DNA of 64,000 bases, taken from assembly GCA_951406725.2 (NCBI GenBank), contig OX597823.1, forward strand, positions 10,664,001-10,728,000, read 5' to 3'. This document shows positions 1-15,463 of this stretch, piece by piece. Source of the stretch: Octopus vulgaris (lineage: Eukaryota). A program made the position numbers and the translations under genes. Positions within the stretch are counted from its first letter, which is position 1; the number at the start of each line of letters is the position of its first letter. Below the pieces are notes generated by a model that saw only the letters and a program-made list of their open reading frames with translations, ran no database searches and was not told where the DNA came from.

Positions 1-399
1 GTGTGGTATCTAAAAGCAGATAATTTTGTATTTGTTTCCTCATGGAAACTCTATAATTGCACGGTTCGTTCCTGAGTGCTGTCTTTTTCTTTTGATATTT
101 TGTTGGTTTTCTTTTTAAATATTGAGCTTGCAAGTCTCCTCTCTCAACACTGATGTTTACTCAAGGGAAAACCGCCGACTTTAGACGATGCGTATTGACA
201 GCATAATAGTCATGTATTCAGAAGAATTTTGTGGGGTTTGAATAATTCACCTCTGGAAACATAGGTGTTTCGTTCATCAACCTTAAATAAAGCTTATTCA
301 AGAACTTTTGAACGAGATAGGCTACTTAACCTGTGGAAAATTTTAACTAGACCCCCATCTGCTAGGTCATGCGCTGTTTATCTTGATATTAGATCGCCA

Positions 400-785
400 G
401 TTGAGGCGCAATGGCCCAGTGGTTAGGGCAGCGGACTCGCGGTCATAGGATCGTGGTTTCGAGTCCCAGTCCGGGCGTTGTGAGTGTTTATTGAGTGAAA
501 ACACCTAAAGCTCCACGAGGCTCCGGCAGAGGATGGTGGTGATCCCTGCTGTACTCTTTCACCACAACTTTCACTCACTCTTACTTCCTGTTTCTGTTGT
601 ACCTGTATTTCAAAGGGCCGGCCTTGTCATTCTCTGTGTCACGCTGAATATCCCCGAGAACTACGTTAAGGGTACACGTGTCTGTGGAGTGCTCAGCCAC
701 TTACACGTTAATTTCACGAGCAGGCTGTTCCGTTGATTCGGATCAACCGGAACCCTCATCGTCGTAACCGACGGAGTGCTTCCAC
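400..785 (+). mobile_element. SINE family A (tRNA-Arg-like head, ~385 bp), complete
   Basis: Head ggcgcaatggcccagtggttagggcagcggactcgcggtc with A box and B-box-like gtttcgagtccc; near-identical to four other copies; 12-bp TSD attagatcgcca. Confidence 0.92.
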
Positions 786-1102
786 ATTAGATCGCCAAGT
801 CCCGCACTTGTGGTTGTGATGCATGAGCCTGATGTACTCTTTATTCATTATTCATTATATTGGCCATAAAGGCCTTACATACAGAAAAGAAGCTGCGGGC
901 TGGACATAGACATAATGTTATATCAAATGAAAAAGGAAAATGATGATTAAGGAGGGCAACAATCGACGCCCGTCAATCGCTGTTTACCCGAGAACATTGA
1001 TCTTTTATAATTCATTCACGAGGCAACAAACCTCACACAGTGTTCACAATGTTCAATAACAAAAACGAAATGAGGCACTAAGCCTCTTACCTTTATTTTT
1101 AA

Positions 1103-1498
1103 CTAGCAGTATCGCCCGTCGTTGCTCGGGTTTGTAAGGGAAATAACTATATAAGCATTTTTAGAGATGTAAAGTATAATAGCTATCTCAATATGGCTAA
1201 CCACAAAGGGGGGGGTGTTACTGTAGCGTTTTACCGTATGGGATTTAATAATAAATTTTTAGAGAGTTACTTCCCTTATATATGCCAAAAATGCATTAAA
1301 AATGGGAAAAATTGATGGTAATTTTTTTTAAAATCGTAGACTCATCGTAGACGCGCGCTAATACCCAGAAGGGCTCGATACGAACCACGACTATAAGATA
1401 CCCGGTTTTGGTTAAACTGCACCGCAAAATGTGGGAGTAGTTAGGAATCTAAATCGTAGGAGACAGACAGCACACAACCTCACTTTTATATATAAAGA
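1103..1498 (-). mobile_element. Non-autonomous Helitron
   Basis: Minus strand starts TCTTTATATATAAAAG, ends with a cccgagcaacg.cggg hairpin then CTAG; inserted between A and T with no TSD; second copy at 16376-16772. Confidence 0.85.
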
Positions 1499-1904
1499 TT
1501 ACGAACTTTCTGATGTACTCTTATCAGACGGGTAGTCATGTGCTTCGTATATTTCTACCTCAGTGTCACTTTGATGGCATGCACTGCTCTCTCACTCAAT
1601 TATAGTAATAACATGGGCAGAAGGCCAGTAAGTTCCGAGAAGGAATAAGTCGATTACATCGACCCCAGTGCTCAATTGGTTCTTATTTTACCGACCCCAG
1701 TAAGATAAAGGGCAAAGTCGACCCCGGTGGCATTTGAAATCAGAACTTAGAAAAGACACACCTAAGTCGCCCACATATGAGGCGATCGCAAAAGGTCAAC
1801 CCGACTGGAGTACAATGGAAGAGACTCATTTTGGTAGAACTACGTTGACGATCATGGTTTACTCCTGTGTCAGACAATAATGATAATAATGATAATAACA
1901 ATGA

Positions 1905-2021
1905 TGGTGTGCCCTTATCAGACGGGTAGTCATGATGGGTATCTTGGGCTTCGTATATTTTACCTCAGTGTCACTTTGATGGCATGCACTGCTCTCTTAC
2001 TCATTAATAATAATAATAATG

Positions 2022-2088
<67 letters not shown>

Positions 2089-2105
2089 TGATGATGATGA
2101 TGATG
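1905..2105 (+). mobile_element. Family D 3' fragment followed by (TAA)n/(TGA)n tail
   Basis: ccttatcagacgggtagtcatgatgggtat...gcactgctctcttactca then (taa)n. Confidence 0.75.
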
Positions 2106-2310
2106 ATTTCAAATTTTGGTACAAGGCCAGCAAGTTCGTAGAAGTGAGTAAGTCGATTATATAGACGCCAGTACTCAAATGATACTTTGTTTTATTGACC
2201 CCGAAGGCTGGAAAAGTAAAGTCGATCCCGTTGGTATTTGAACTCAGAACGTAAATGCCGCTAAGTATTTTGTCTGGTCTGCCAACTGTTCTACCAGCTC
2301 ACCACCTTAA
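2106..2310 (-). mobile_element. Decayed SINE related to family C (similar remnants near 1610-1750, 34540-34700, 36020-36130, 38910-39060, 41215-41377, 44970-45080, 61500-61665)
   Basis: Degenerate match to tcgaccccagt...tttatcgaccccgaaaggatgaaaggcaaagtcgacc...tttgaactcagaacgt. Confidence 0.65.
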
Positions 2311-2865
2311 CAACAACAACAACAACAAGGATGATAAGGGGAGGAGGAAGACATATGTGATGATTCTTTAGGAAGGTCCAACTCCGTGTGAAACTACATA
2401 GGAAATTATAATTTGCTTCTTTGTATCAGATGTAAGAATCCATTTACTCAAACAATTTAAACTATTCAGACGAAATAATAAATAAATATATCCCCACGAG
2501 AAAAAAAAACAAAATGTAGTTTGTTGAATGAGAAGAAGAATTAACGACTTTAACAGGTCTGGATGTCAGATTAATCTGATCATAAAATGTAATTTAACTC
2601 AACTTTTACTGGACATGAAAGTAACAGACCACTAACTTGGGGGTTTGTCAAATGATGGTATTTGCATAAAGTATTCTGACATCGTGAGACATACAAGAGA
2701 TTAGAAGTTGTGACGGTTATTTATTATTTTTTCTTTTAATCTATTTATTAGTCTGAAGATGATACACAGCGTGTATAACAATTTTCAGAGCTTTCTAGAC
2801 TGGAGTGGAGAAATAGAATTAATGCAGGTGTCCCCCGCGGATTATCTCGACAGCGACTTTAGATG

Positions 2866-3125
2866 ATGTGAGGTATATTTGCCATCTCAATATGGCTAGC
2901 CACTAAGGGTGGATGTTACTGTAGCTTGTAGCCCCAGGAGAACATCTCCAGCTGGCTATAGGCACACTTTCTGTACCCTATCGATGACCTCCCTTTGCAA
3001 ATACCGATAGGGCACAGAAAGTGTGCCTATAGCCAGCTGGAGGAGATGTTCTCCTGGGGCTACAAGCTACAGTAACATCCACCCTTAGTGGTTAGCCATA
3101 TTGAAATGGCAAATATACCTCACAT
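2866..3125. mobile_element. Long palindrome / MITE-like foldback element (~120-bp arms, ~21-nt spacer)
   Basis: 2866-2983 is the near-perfect reverse complement of 3005-3125 (atgtgaggtatatttgccat...ccctatcg / cgataggg...atggcaaatatacctcacat). Confidence 0.85.
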
Positions 3126-3296
3126 TGTCGTGCAGTTACTGTCTATACCTCGTTCAGAGATTTATTATGAACGTACCTTAAATGTGTGATATGCATCTCA
3201 ATATAAACTGATCGATGCATCATTTTTCTGCTTCATTGCTCTTATCCCTGATATCTGCGAGGCTGGCTTATACTGAAAATTTTATATATTCTATAC

Positions 3297-4203
<907 letters not shown>

Positions 4204-5525
4204 AACCTTACCAACACCTTAATTTGCTCACCACTACTTTTCTTACAGGGTGCAATTTCTGTTCAACAGTGTTGGTCACACCAACAAATTGCTTGCCTCA
4301 GCGACAACTTACTCCACTCCATTGTTAGTCTCACTCAGATTTAGCGTCATTCAACAGTAATGTCTCTCCGAAGCTTTCCTTCTATTCTACATTGCTGGTC
4401 TCACAACGACAATGCCTTTATTCTTCAGTGCTTATCTCAGTAAAAATTTACATGTAGATAAATCTTGTGTAAGCGAAATCTTACTTCTCTCTTACTATAC
4501 ATTTTTATTAGAACCTTATCAGCTTTTTCTATGAGCTACTTACAAGTAAAGCAGTGTATCCATAACGAGTGAGTGCCAGTTCATACCGAGGGTTAATTCA
4601 GTTGATGTGACTGATCTTCGTTTTAGATAGATCCCTGTTGAAAAATATGCAGCAAAGGAATCCCGATGGGGAATTCCGTAAAATAACAGCTCTGGAGAGA
4701 TGACGCACCGGGGAAAATGTTTCCCATGGGTTCTGAGAAATGTGACACAGGAAGGCCGACGTGAGAAGAACCGGGTTCACCAAGTCATCTTGAGGGGAGG
4801 ACAAGTAACTGATTCAGTTCTTGAATCATTATAGCAAACATTAGTGAAGGAAGGCGCAGAAAGAAAATATCATGTGTCTAGCGCGGGTGCTGGGTTTCAC
4901 TTAGGCGTTTTTCCTGTGGTCCTCTCTGCTGTATAGTTGCTCCTACTTCAAAGTATTTTCTTTTCGGCTATATCTTATTGAGAGATTTGTCTTATAACTA
5001 AAATATAAATTTCAACCGATTCGAAACTGGGTTAATTAGTGGATTGACTTCCTGTTATGATTACAGTCTTTTGTTAATTGAGATAATTGCACAAATAACA
5101 TTCTTAGAGATACAGGCATGACCAATATGTTAACGATATTCGTTTCATAATAATAAAGTCGCAAGTTCGATTCATAGTTTGGCTTTCACCTTGTCCTCAA
5201 GTGAGCCTTTTTTTTTTGAGCTAAACTGGATGGAAACTATGGAAGCTGCGGTGGATTGTACGTTGTGCCATACATTATGTCACACGGTGCCTCAAAGTTA
5301 CATCAAAGGTACGCCGAAAATCAATAAGAATGCAGTTCAGTTCATTGAATAAATGGAATATTCATTATGGGAAGACCGAAATCCATTTGATTTTTATATA
5401 TGTGTACCCTTGTACGTATGTACGTATATAAGTATTTCTCTATGTACTTATGTACGTGTGAGTGTGCGCATGTGCGTGCATGCCTGTGTATATGTGTATG
5501 TGTATACATGAAGTAGCTCGGGGAT

Positions 5526-5599
<74 letters not shown>

Positions 5600-5600
<1 letters not shown>

Positions 5601-5812
5601 GATTTTTTCAATATGTGACCGCGCGCTATCGTTGGAGATTTTCTTTGTGTCTTCCTTTCTTTTGATTTTTCTATATTTCTGATGAAGAGCTCCGCTCGAA
5701 ACGTGAAGTCCTCTTTCTTTTCTTTCCTTTCCTGAGCGTCCAATAACACTGTACTTATTCCACGTCCTCGCGTTGTTGTTTTTCTATTGCTTGTTCGTGT
5801 TTGGATTGACTA
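5600..5812 (+). mobile_element. Penelope-like pLTR fragment between (AT)n tracts, with degenerate hammerhead core
   Basis: CTGATGA-a-gagc-tcc-gctc-GAAA-cgt at 5679-5704; (AT)n on both sides. Confidence 0.55.
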
Positions 5813-5814
5813 TA

Positions 5815-5878
<64 letters not shown>

Positions 5879-6295
5879 CACACACACATATATATATATA
5901 TGACATTCGCATATATATATATATATATATATAAAGCATCGCGCACGCACACTCACACAAACACACACATAGACACACACACACACATATATATGCGAAT
6001 GTTTACATATGTGTGTGTACGCTTGTACGGAATCCCGAACATATGTTTACTTACGATTTTGAGAAGTTCCTCAGGCATGTTACCAAACTACTCTCCGTGT
6101 TATTTGAGAAACCCTGCCAGGTCCCACCAACTCGTATGGCAAACACCAAGAAATCCGAGTCTACGAGGTGGGACAGGGAAATTAATATGTTATTTCATCT
6201 TGCATTTGCTGATATTAAGACATGTCAAAACAATATTAAAGTCTTAAACAGTCAACACGGGCCCATACACATGTATAAACAAACACATATATGTA

Positions 6296-6339
<44 letters not shown>

Positions 6340-6619
6340 TCTCTCTCTCTGTATCAGTCTGTCTATCAATCTATCCGACTTTCCTTCTCTCGTATTCTCG
6401 CTTTTGTCAATCTCTTTCTGATCTCTAACAAGGAGAGAGTTGGGATCCAAGTTTTAAACTATCTTCATTATGCTGCGCTCTGTGCATACGTGCATGTGTG
6501 TGCGTCTGTGTGTGTGCGTGAGGGAGCACACACAGACACACATGCGAATTTAAATGTATGCATATAATATGTACCACCATACATACACACAGACACACAG
6601 TCACACACGCATATATTTA

Positions 6620-7159
6620 TGTGGCTGTGTGATAAAAAGCTTGCTTCTTATCACATAGGCGGCGAGCTGGCAGAAAAGGCGGCGAGCTGGCAGAAAAGGC
6701 GGCGAGCTGGCAGAATCGTTAGCACGCCGGGCGAAATGCTTAGCGGTATTTCGGCTGCCGTTACATTTTGAGTTCAAATTCTGCAAAGGTCGACTTTGCC
6801 TTTAATCCTTTCGAGGTCGATTAAATAAGTACCAGTTACGCACTGGGGTCGATATAATCGACTTAACTCGTTTGTCTGTCCTTGTTTGTCCCTTCTGTGT
6901 TTAGCCCCTTATGGGTAGTAAAAAAATAAGTATTTCGTCTACCGTTACGTTCAGAGTTCAAATTCCGCCGAGGTTGACGCACTGGGGTCGATGTGATCGA
7001 CCTAATCCCTTTGTCTGTCCTTGTTTATCCCCTCTATGTTTAGCCCCTTGTGGGCAATAAAGAAATAAGAAGCTTACTTCCTAAACACATCATTCTGGAT
7101 TCAGCTGACCAAAGTCTTGTGAGTGGATTTGGTAGATGGAAACTCAAAATAAGCCCGTC

Positions 7160-7251
<92 letters not shown>

Positions 7252-7408
7252 ATAAAATTAAATAATAAGGGTAGAAATTGATATTAATCAATTAAAACAA
7301 GTGGCTTAACATATTTAAAAGATCCGAAGATTCTTCGTGGTCATGGCGATTTGACGTCTATGTTTAGCATATTAGGTGTCCACTTTAGTGGTCATTCCTC
7401 TTAATTTT

Positions 7409-7444
<36 letters not shown>

Positions 7445-7987
7445 CCAAGAGAGTTAGAGGTTGTGAATCCAACCAACTAAGGGATAATATCTATCCAATA
7501 TACTGCTGGTAGAATACCCAATTATTAATACACAAGTGTTTTTTGTCATTGCATAGCAATTGCACTACTGAATGTAATAAATGGGTGAGGGTGAAAAGTT
7601 CTTTTACCCTTAATTTATACAGCAATAAGAAAATGGAGATCTTATATGTAAAGCATAATACGTTATACATGTATGTATATTGTTATAATGTTTTTTTTTA
7701 ATAAATAAATAGACATAATATAATGTCTAAAAGTTGATGAATACCACCTCTTGATCCTCTACATTTTCTTATTGATATATATACATATGTGTGTGTGTGT
7801 GTGTATGTATATCTATGTGCGTGTGTGTCTTTGCGTATGTCTTTGCCCACCATCACCGCTTGACAACCGGTATTGGTTTGTATATATCCCCGTAACTTAG
7901 CGGTTGGAAAAGAGACCGATACATTAAATGCTACAAAACGAAAAATGGGTTCTGGGGCCGCAACCTTATGACTTAAACAAGAAAATG

Positions 7988-7990
<3 letters not shown>
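6620..7990 (+). mobile_element. Old SINE B disrupted by a SINE C insertion and by insertions in its internal (AT)n
   Basis: Head gtggctgtgtgataaaaagcttgc (6620), resumes aagcttacttcc...aagcccgtcg (7070-7160), 3' half at ~7790-7990. Confidence 0.6.
6657..7067 (+). mobile_element. SINE family C dimer with triplicated 20-nt 5' leader
   Basis: (aggcggcgagctggcagaaa)x3, body, junction aaata|agtatttcg, second internally deleted body; diverged ~20-bp TSD aagcttgcttcttatcacat/aagcttacttcctaaacacat. Confidence 0.88.
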
Positions 7991-8039
<49 letters not shown>

Positions 8040-8044
8040 TATGT

Positions 8045-8282
8045 ATGTGTGTGTGTGTGTGATGCATCTATTTGTATGTTTGTTTCCACCACCGTCGCTG
8101 AACAACCGATGTTGGTGTGTTTATGCTCCTGTAACTTAGCGGTTCGGCAAAAAGGTCCGATATAAAAAGTACTAGACTTACAAAGAATAAGCCCTGGGGT
8201 GACTTTGTTCGACTAAAACTTATCGAGGTGGTGTTCCAGCATGGCCGCAGTCAGATGACAGAAAGAGATGAAAGAATAAAAG
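8045..8282 (+). mobile_element. SINE B 3' half
   Basis: caaccgatgttggtgtgttt...ccagcatggccgcagtcagatgac matches the family B 3' region. Confidence 0.8.
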
Positions 8283-8487
8283 TATATAGTATATACAGAC
8301 ACACACACACACAGAGACGTACATACATATACATACATACATACATACATACATACATACATACATACATACATACATACATGCATACATACATACATAT
8401 ATATTTATATATGTTTGTTTGTTTGGATGGAGAGAGAGAGAGTGTGTCAACATATGAGATCGAGTGAATCACTATATAAAAATGATA

Positions 8488-8563
8488 AAATAAATGCGCC
8501 CGTTTAAAGCCATGCCAGGCTCATGGGCCCGGTTTCCCGGTTTCAATGGCGTATGTGCTCCCC
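8488..8563 (-). mobile_element. 3' tail fragment of the SINE A variant at 32134-32443
   Basis: Reverse complement resembles ggggaacacatac...gaaaccgggaaaccg.gccca...cctggc..ggctttaaa..gg.gcat. Confidence 0.6.
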
Positions 8564-8589
8564 TGTATATATATATATATATATATATA

Positions 8590-9265
<676 letters not shown>

Positions 9266-9683
9266 ATATATATATATACATGTATACGCGTAAATAAAGA
9301 AAAGGTAAACATTGATAGATTTTCAGATGATTAACATTCAAGTCTGTATTTATGTCTCGAAGATTAGAGAGAGAGAGAGAGGAGGGGCAAAATAGATGAA
9401 AATTGGGCGAAAATATAACGGACAGAAAAGGGAGACACAGACACGATATATGAGGAGCAGTTACAGCTGATTTTCACATCAGTTGGTTTCCGAGGCGTCT
9501 TAGTGGTTTCACGGTATTTAAAAGCCAAGGTCAGTGTTATGAACGGGAGCGCTAGAGGATAGAGTTACAGGAGAAGGCTGAGACGAATGTGTCCGAGGAC
9601 AGAACAAAATAGCATTGCATGTACAATAAGAAATAGTAACAACGTATAACAAACACACACACACACACACACATTAAGCAATG

Positions 9684-10077
9684 AGTGGAGGCGCAATGGC
9701 CCAGTGGTTAGGGCAGCGGACTCGCGGTCGTAGGATCGCGGTTTCGATTACCAGACCGGGCGTTGTGAGTGTTTATTGAGCGAAAACACCTAAAAAGCTC
9801 CACGATGCTCCGGCAGGGGATGGTGGTGATCCCTGCTGTACTCTTTCACCACAACTTTCTCTCACTCTTTCTTCCTGTTTCTGTTGTACCTGTATTTCAA
9901 AGGGCCGGCCTTGTCACTCTCTGTGTCACGCTGAATATCCCCGAGAACTACGTTAAGGGTACACGTGTCTGTGGAGTGCTCAGCCACTTACACGTTAATT
10001 TCACGAGCAGGCTGTTCCGTTGATCGGATCAACCGGAACCCTCGTCGTCGTAACCGACGGAGTGCTTCCATCCATCC
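9684..10077 (+). mobile_element. SINE family A, complete
   Basis: Full match to 400-785; (tcca)n tail; TSD aagcaatg (9676-9683/10078-10085). Confidence 0.92.
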
Positions 10078-10355
10078 AAGCAATGGAATTCCAACTTGGT
10101 CTGATTTTCACATTTTTATTATTCTCGATTTTTACAATTTTACAATATTGAAATAAACCAGTACAATCAGGCGTTTCGTAATCGTCAGGTTTCTCAAGAA
10201 ACAGTCGTGTTCTACAATTGACAGCCGTAGTGGAATGGTTAAATGTGTTCTTTCCGATGGGCTCCAGCAGGCTGAATCTTATGAACTGTAATTAGTCCTC
10301 AACTAAATCCATTAAGACAATTGCATCCATGAAGACAATTGCATACCCTTCATCT

Positions 10356-10578
10356 ATTTCTTTACTACCCACAAGAGGGCTAAACACAGAGAGGACAAAC
10401 AGACGGTTTAAGTCGATTATATCGACCCCAGTGCGTAACTTGTACTTATTTAATCGACCCAGAAAGGATGAAAGGCAAAGTCGACCTCGGCGGAATTTGA
10501 ACTCAGAACATAGAAGCAGACGAAATACTGCTAAGCATTTCACTGGGCGTGCTAACGTTTCTGCCAGCTCGCCGCCTT
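10356..10578 (-). mobile_element. SINE family C monomer (tRNA-type A/B boxes; Nin/Deu-like central domain)
   Basis: Reverse complement of ggcggcgagctggcagaaacg...gagttcaaattcc...gcctttcatcctttc.gggtcga...gtaaagaaat; 20-bp TSD caattgcat..ccttcatct (10336-10355/10579-10598). Confidence 0.9.
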
Positions 10579-11472
10579 CAATTGCATGACCTTCATCTGC
10601 TTCTTTAATGTTAGCGTTTTATAGGCATTCAAGAGCAGACAACTCTGATTTGTTAATATTTGGCCTAACATTAGTATTGTGTCCAAGGGAAAATTTAGAC
10701 AGTATATCAATGTATTGGTCGAGATAGTTATTTCTTCCTTTCGACGGGGTGAATTTTCATTTATTCCTTAGTAAGGATTCATCAATCTCAATACTTTAAC
10801 GAACAAAGAATTCAAAAATTCGTAATTTCTGACAGAATGTTTGGATAACCTTTACAACGACTTTCTATCCCACGTATATCCTCGTGTTCTATGTATTCCA
10901 TCTTGTCTTTCTGCGTGACATATACCTATCTACGCATGCGTTTGTGTGCGTGTGTACGTGTGTGCGTGTGTGTATGTGTTTGGCATGGTTTTTGTGCGTA
11001 TATATGGGTTTGCTTACAACACTATATGTACCCGTGTTTATTTTTTTCTATCCCATTCTGTCTTTAGTATGTATAAGTGTATCTTATTTGTGTGTATGGG
11101 TTTATATCTGCGTCCATTTTCCTTCTCATTACGTCTTTAGTTGTCAGTTTATGTAGTGTGGTGGAGTGAGGATGTGTTATTATTCCATTCATGTTTTCTA
11201 TTGTGGCTTGGTCTATCTACTTCTATGTGGGTGGCCTCCACGATATGAGTGTTGTCTATTCTATGTGTCGATAATATCATAACATTTACATTATTAACCG
11301 ACCCTCTATACTGCAAATGACCATGTGGGTAGAGCACTAACGAGCTTCTCACTCCCTTGAACTCATACTAGTGTTTGCTTATCTGCTCACCTAGTTACAT
11401 ACTGTCCTCCGGGTGTCTGTCGTTGTCTTGTTTCTGCACCGTCCCTCAGTACACTTGGTTACTATCAAACTA

Positions 11473-12758
11473 TTGGGTTGGCAACTAAGTTCCCGCCGTT
11501 TTTTAAAATTTTTGAATTTATTGCGTTTTTAAATATTGGAATCATTTTTTTTTTTTCGAAAATTTTATTTTTGAATCATTTTGGAATCTATTTTGCTTTT
11601 ATTCTAGTTAATTTTAGTTAATTTTTGCTTATTTTCAGGTCATTAAAATGGAATGTCAAGTTAAGAAAAACGATTATTTTCGACACCTCCTTTTTTTGGC
11701 TTTTAATCAAGATTCTAGGACCGCAAAAGTTGCTCGTGACATTTGTGCTGCGTATGGAGAGGGTGCCTTAGCTGAAAAGACCGCTCGTGATTGGTATGCC
11801 AAGTTCAAAAATGGAAATTTTGACCTCAAAGACGCACCTCATTCTGGCCGTCCATTTGAGTTCGATTAAACCAACTTTTGCACGAAAATTCTCGTCAAAC
11901 GACAAGGAAACTGGCAGAGAAAATGGAATGCTCCCACACTGCTATAGAGAAGCATCTTCACTTGATGGGAAAGATTCAGAAATATGGAGCATAGGTTTCG
12001 CATGCTTTAAGTGACACCAACAAAAAATCAACGAGCCACAATCTCCGCTGGTTTGCTTGCTCGTCACCGCTCAACTCATGGACACAAGCAACGATTTCTT
12101 TACCCAATCGATACTGGCGAAGAAATATGGTGCCTTTTCTTCAATACTAAGCAACGTAAGGAATGGCTTAGCGCCGGTAAACAAGCGGCACTGTGCGTGA
12201 AACAAGATCTTCATCCGCGTAAAATGTTGTGCGTATGATGGTACTGGGAAGGGATTATCCATTACGAATTGCTTGAATGGTACCAAGCGGTCAACGCGGA
12301 ACCCTATGTTCAACAGATGGAACGACTCAACAAGGCTATTCAAGAGAAAAGACCTAATCGGCAGCATGGAGTTTTTCTGCTGCACGACAACGTCCGCCCT
12401 CATATCACCAATATGACCAAGGAAGCCATTCAAACGCATGGCTGGGAAGTGCAGCTACACCCACCGTACTCTCCTGATTTGGCACCAACGGATTTCCAAC
12501 TCCTTCGATCCCTTTCAAATGCTATGCCCGGAGTTTCGTTCAATACTGATGCAGAATTGAGAGCTTGGTTGGATCAAATTTTCGAGTCGAAATTGGGTGA
12601 TTTCTACCAACGAGTTATTGAACATCTTGTTAAACGTTGGGAAGAAGTTGTAAACAACAAGGTGAATGCATTATTGATTAATTAGTTGTTATGTTTTTAT
12701 TAAACCTTTTAAAAAATTTAAATCTAAAAAAATGGCGGGAACTTAGTTGCCAACCCAA
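11473..12758 (+). mobile_element. Full-length mariner (Tc1/mariner DD34D) transposon, probably mellifera subfamily
   Basis: 1286 bp; ~30-bp TIRs ttgggttggcaactaagttcccgcc; TA duplication at 11471-72 and 12759-60. Confidence 0.95.
11648..12685 (+). pseudogene. Mariner transposase pseudogene (stops and frameshifts)
   Basis: MECQ...FRHLL...ICAAYGEGA...FKNGNFDLKDAPHSGRP, decayed TGDEKW (TGEEIW), LLHDNVRPH, HPPYSPDLAPTDF, split across four ORFs. Confidence 0.93.
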
Positions 12759-13472
12759 TACATTCCTAGTTTAGAAATACAGTTTACAGTTAGGAGAAAA
12801 ATATTTATCTTAGACAATGTCAGAATGGAGCTAGAATCACTAATATCGAAGTATTTCATAGTTTTCAGATTTCATTACAGAAGAAAATTCCTGGTTTATT
12901 TACTGGTTGACTTATTTTCGTTAGTAGGCTATCATAGGTGTTTGATACAAGGAAATAAGACATTTCTGTATTAAGTCTTCCTTAATGATACTATTAAGGT
13001 TGATGAAAGCATTGACTCAAGCGGAATCGAACCCAGTTGCTAGGTCTTTCACCTTTAAATTCAGTACTGGCTACGTTATGGAAAAAAAATGTAGAAAATA
13101 TTGAAATCACAAAATTTTCTACAATTCATGTGCGTCACTGAACACCTAGAGTTTAAAAGTGTTTAATTATTTAAAATAAAGGGTAGTGGTGGTCGTGGAG
13201 GTAGCGGTGATGGATAATGCATTAGAGAAACTGACAAATGAATGAAAAGAATTGATGCTGCTGTGGATCTGCTGGTTTATTATAAAAGAATCGAGAAGTA
13301 AATGCGAAATATTTCTGTATAAACAGGTTTAGTATTTTAAATTCCAAAGGTGATAAATTACTTCAGTATTTAATTCTAAATGTTTGAGAGACTGTGAAAA
13401 GGTCAATTGTCTTTTAGATTTCATTTAAACTTTTCCGTTTTTATTGATAATTGAATTAATTTTTTCCGTGTT

Positions 13473-13511
<39 letters not shown>

Positions 13512-13521
13512 TTATATATAC

Positions 13522-14869
<1,348 letters not shown>

Positions 14870-15335
14870 TTCTCTTCCTCAGTATTTATCACAAATCCAC
14901 TGATTTACTCTATCCACGCATTATTAATTCAAAAGGTGAACCAAACAACTTGAAGGGAAAAACATGAAGGATTTCTTTAGAAGTGATCAGCAACATAAAG
15001 TACAATCATTTCAAAAATAAAACGAAACACTTGGCCAAGTTTTTTTTCCTCTACACTTGATACGTCTCAATAACGATTGAATGGAGTTTTGGGTAAACTT
15101 GACAGCCGACAGCGATAAATCCAGCATAACACTGCAGAATCATAGGACATCTTTTCACAATTCTGGAAATAACAAACTTCCTTTAATTGAAAGATGTATC
15201 AATCAATCAATTTGAAAAATTGTCGGGGAAATTTAAAGATTTATTTTACGTTTTTTATAAAAACGAGATTTTATAAAAGACAACAAGACACAGGCAGAAA
15301 ATATTGGAAAACACGGTGGAAATATCAAAGGCTTG

Positions 15336-15401
15336 AAAAAGAAGAAGAAGAAGAAGAAGAAGAAGAAGAAGAAGAAGAAGAAGAAGAAGAAGAAGAAGAA
15401 G

Positions 15402-15463
<62 letters not shown>

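Larger units (their letters stand above)
190..1600 (+). mobile_element. Family D (TAA-associated repeat), old copy split into three pieces by later insertions (~190-399, 786-841, 1510-1600)
   Basis: Pieces align by eye to 29470-29790 (ggtttgaataattcacctctggaaac...cccca.ctgc.aggtcatg...ttatcagacgggtagtcatg...gcactgctctctcactcaa). Duplications attagatcgcca (388-399/786-797) and ctgatgtactctt (829-841/1510-1522) flank the two insertions. Confidence 0.75.

Noticed and set aside
403-480. SINE heads (A, B, C, G) as functional tRNA genes
   Set aside because: They continue into SINE bodies with tails and TSDs, and the cloverleaves are imperfect.
533-736. Recurrent 67-aa ORF MVVIPAVLFHH... (five copies)
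   Set aside because: Lies inside SINE A; it recurs because the repeat is recent, and it is frameshifted in the 43091 copy.
4598-4850. GC-richer island as a coding exon
   Set aside because: Stops in the plausible frames, no recognisable domain, and no convincing splice pair.
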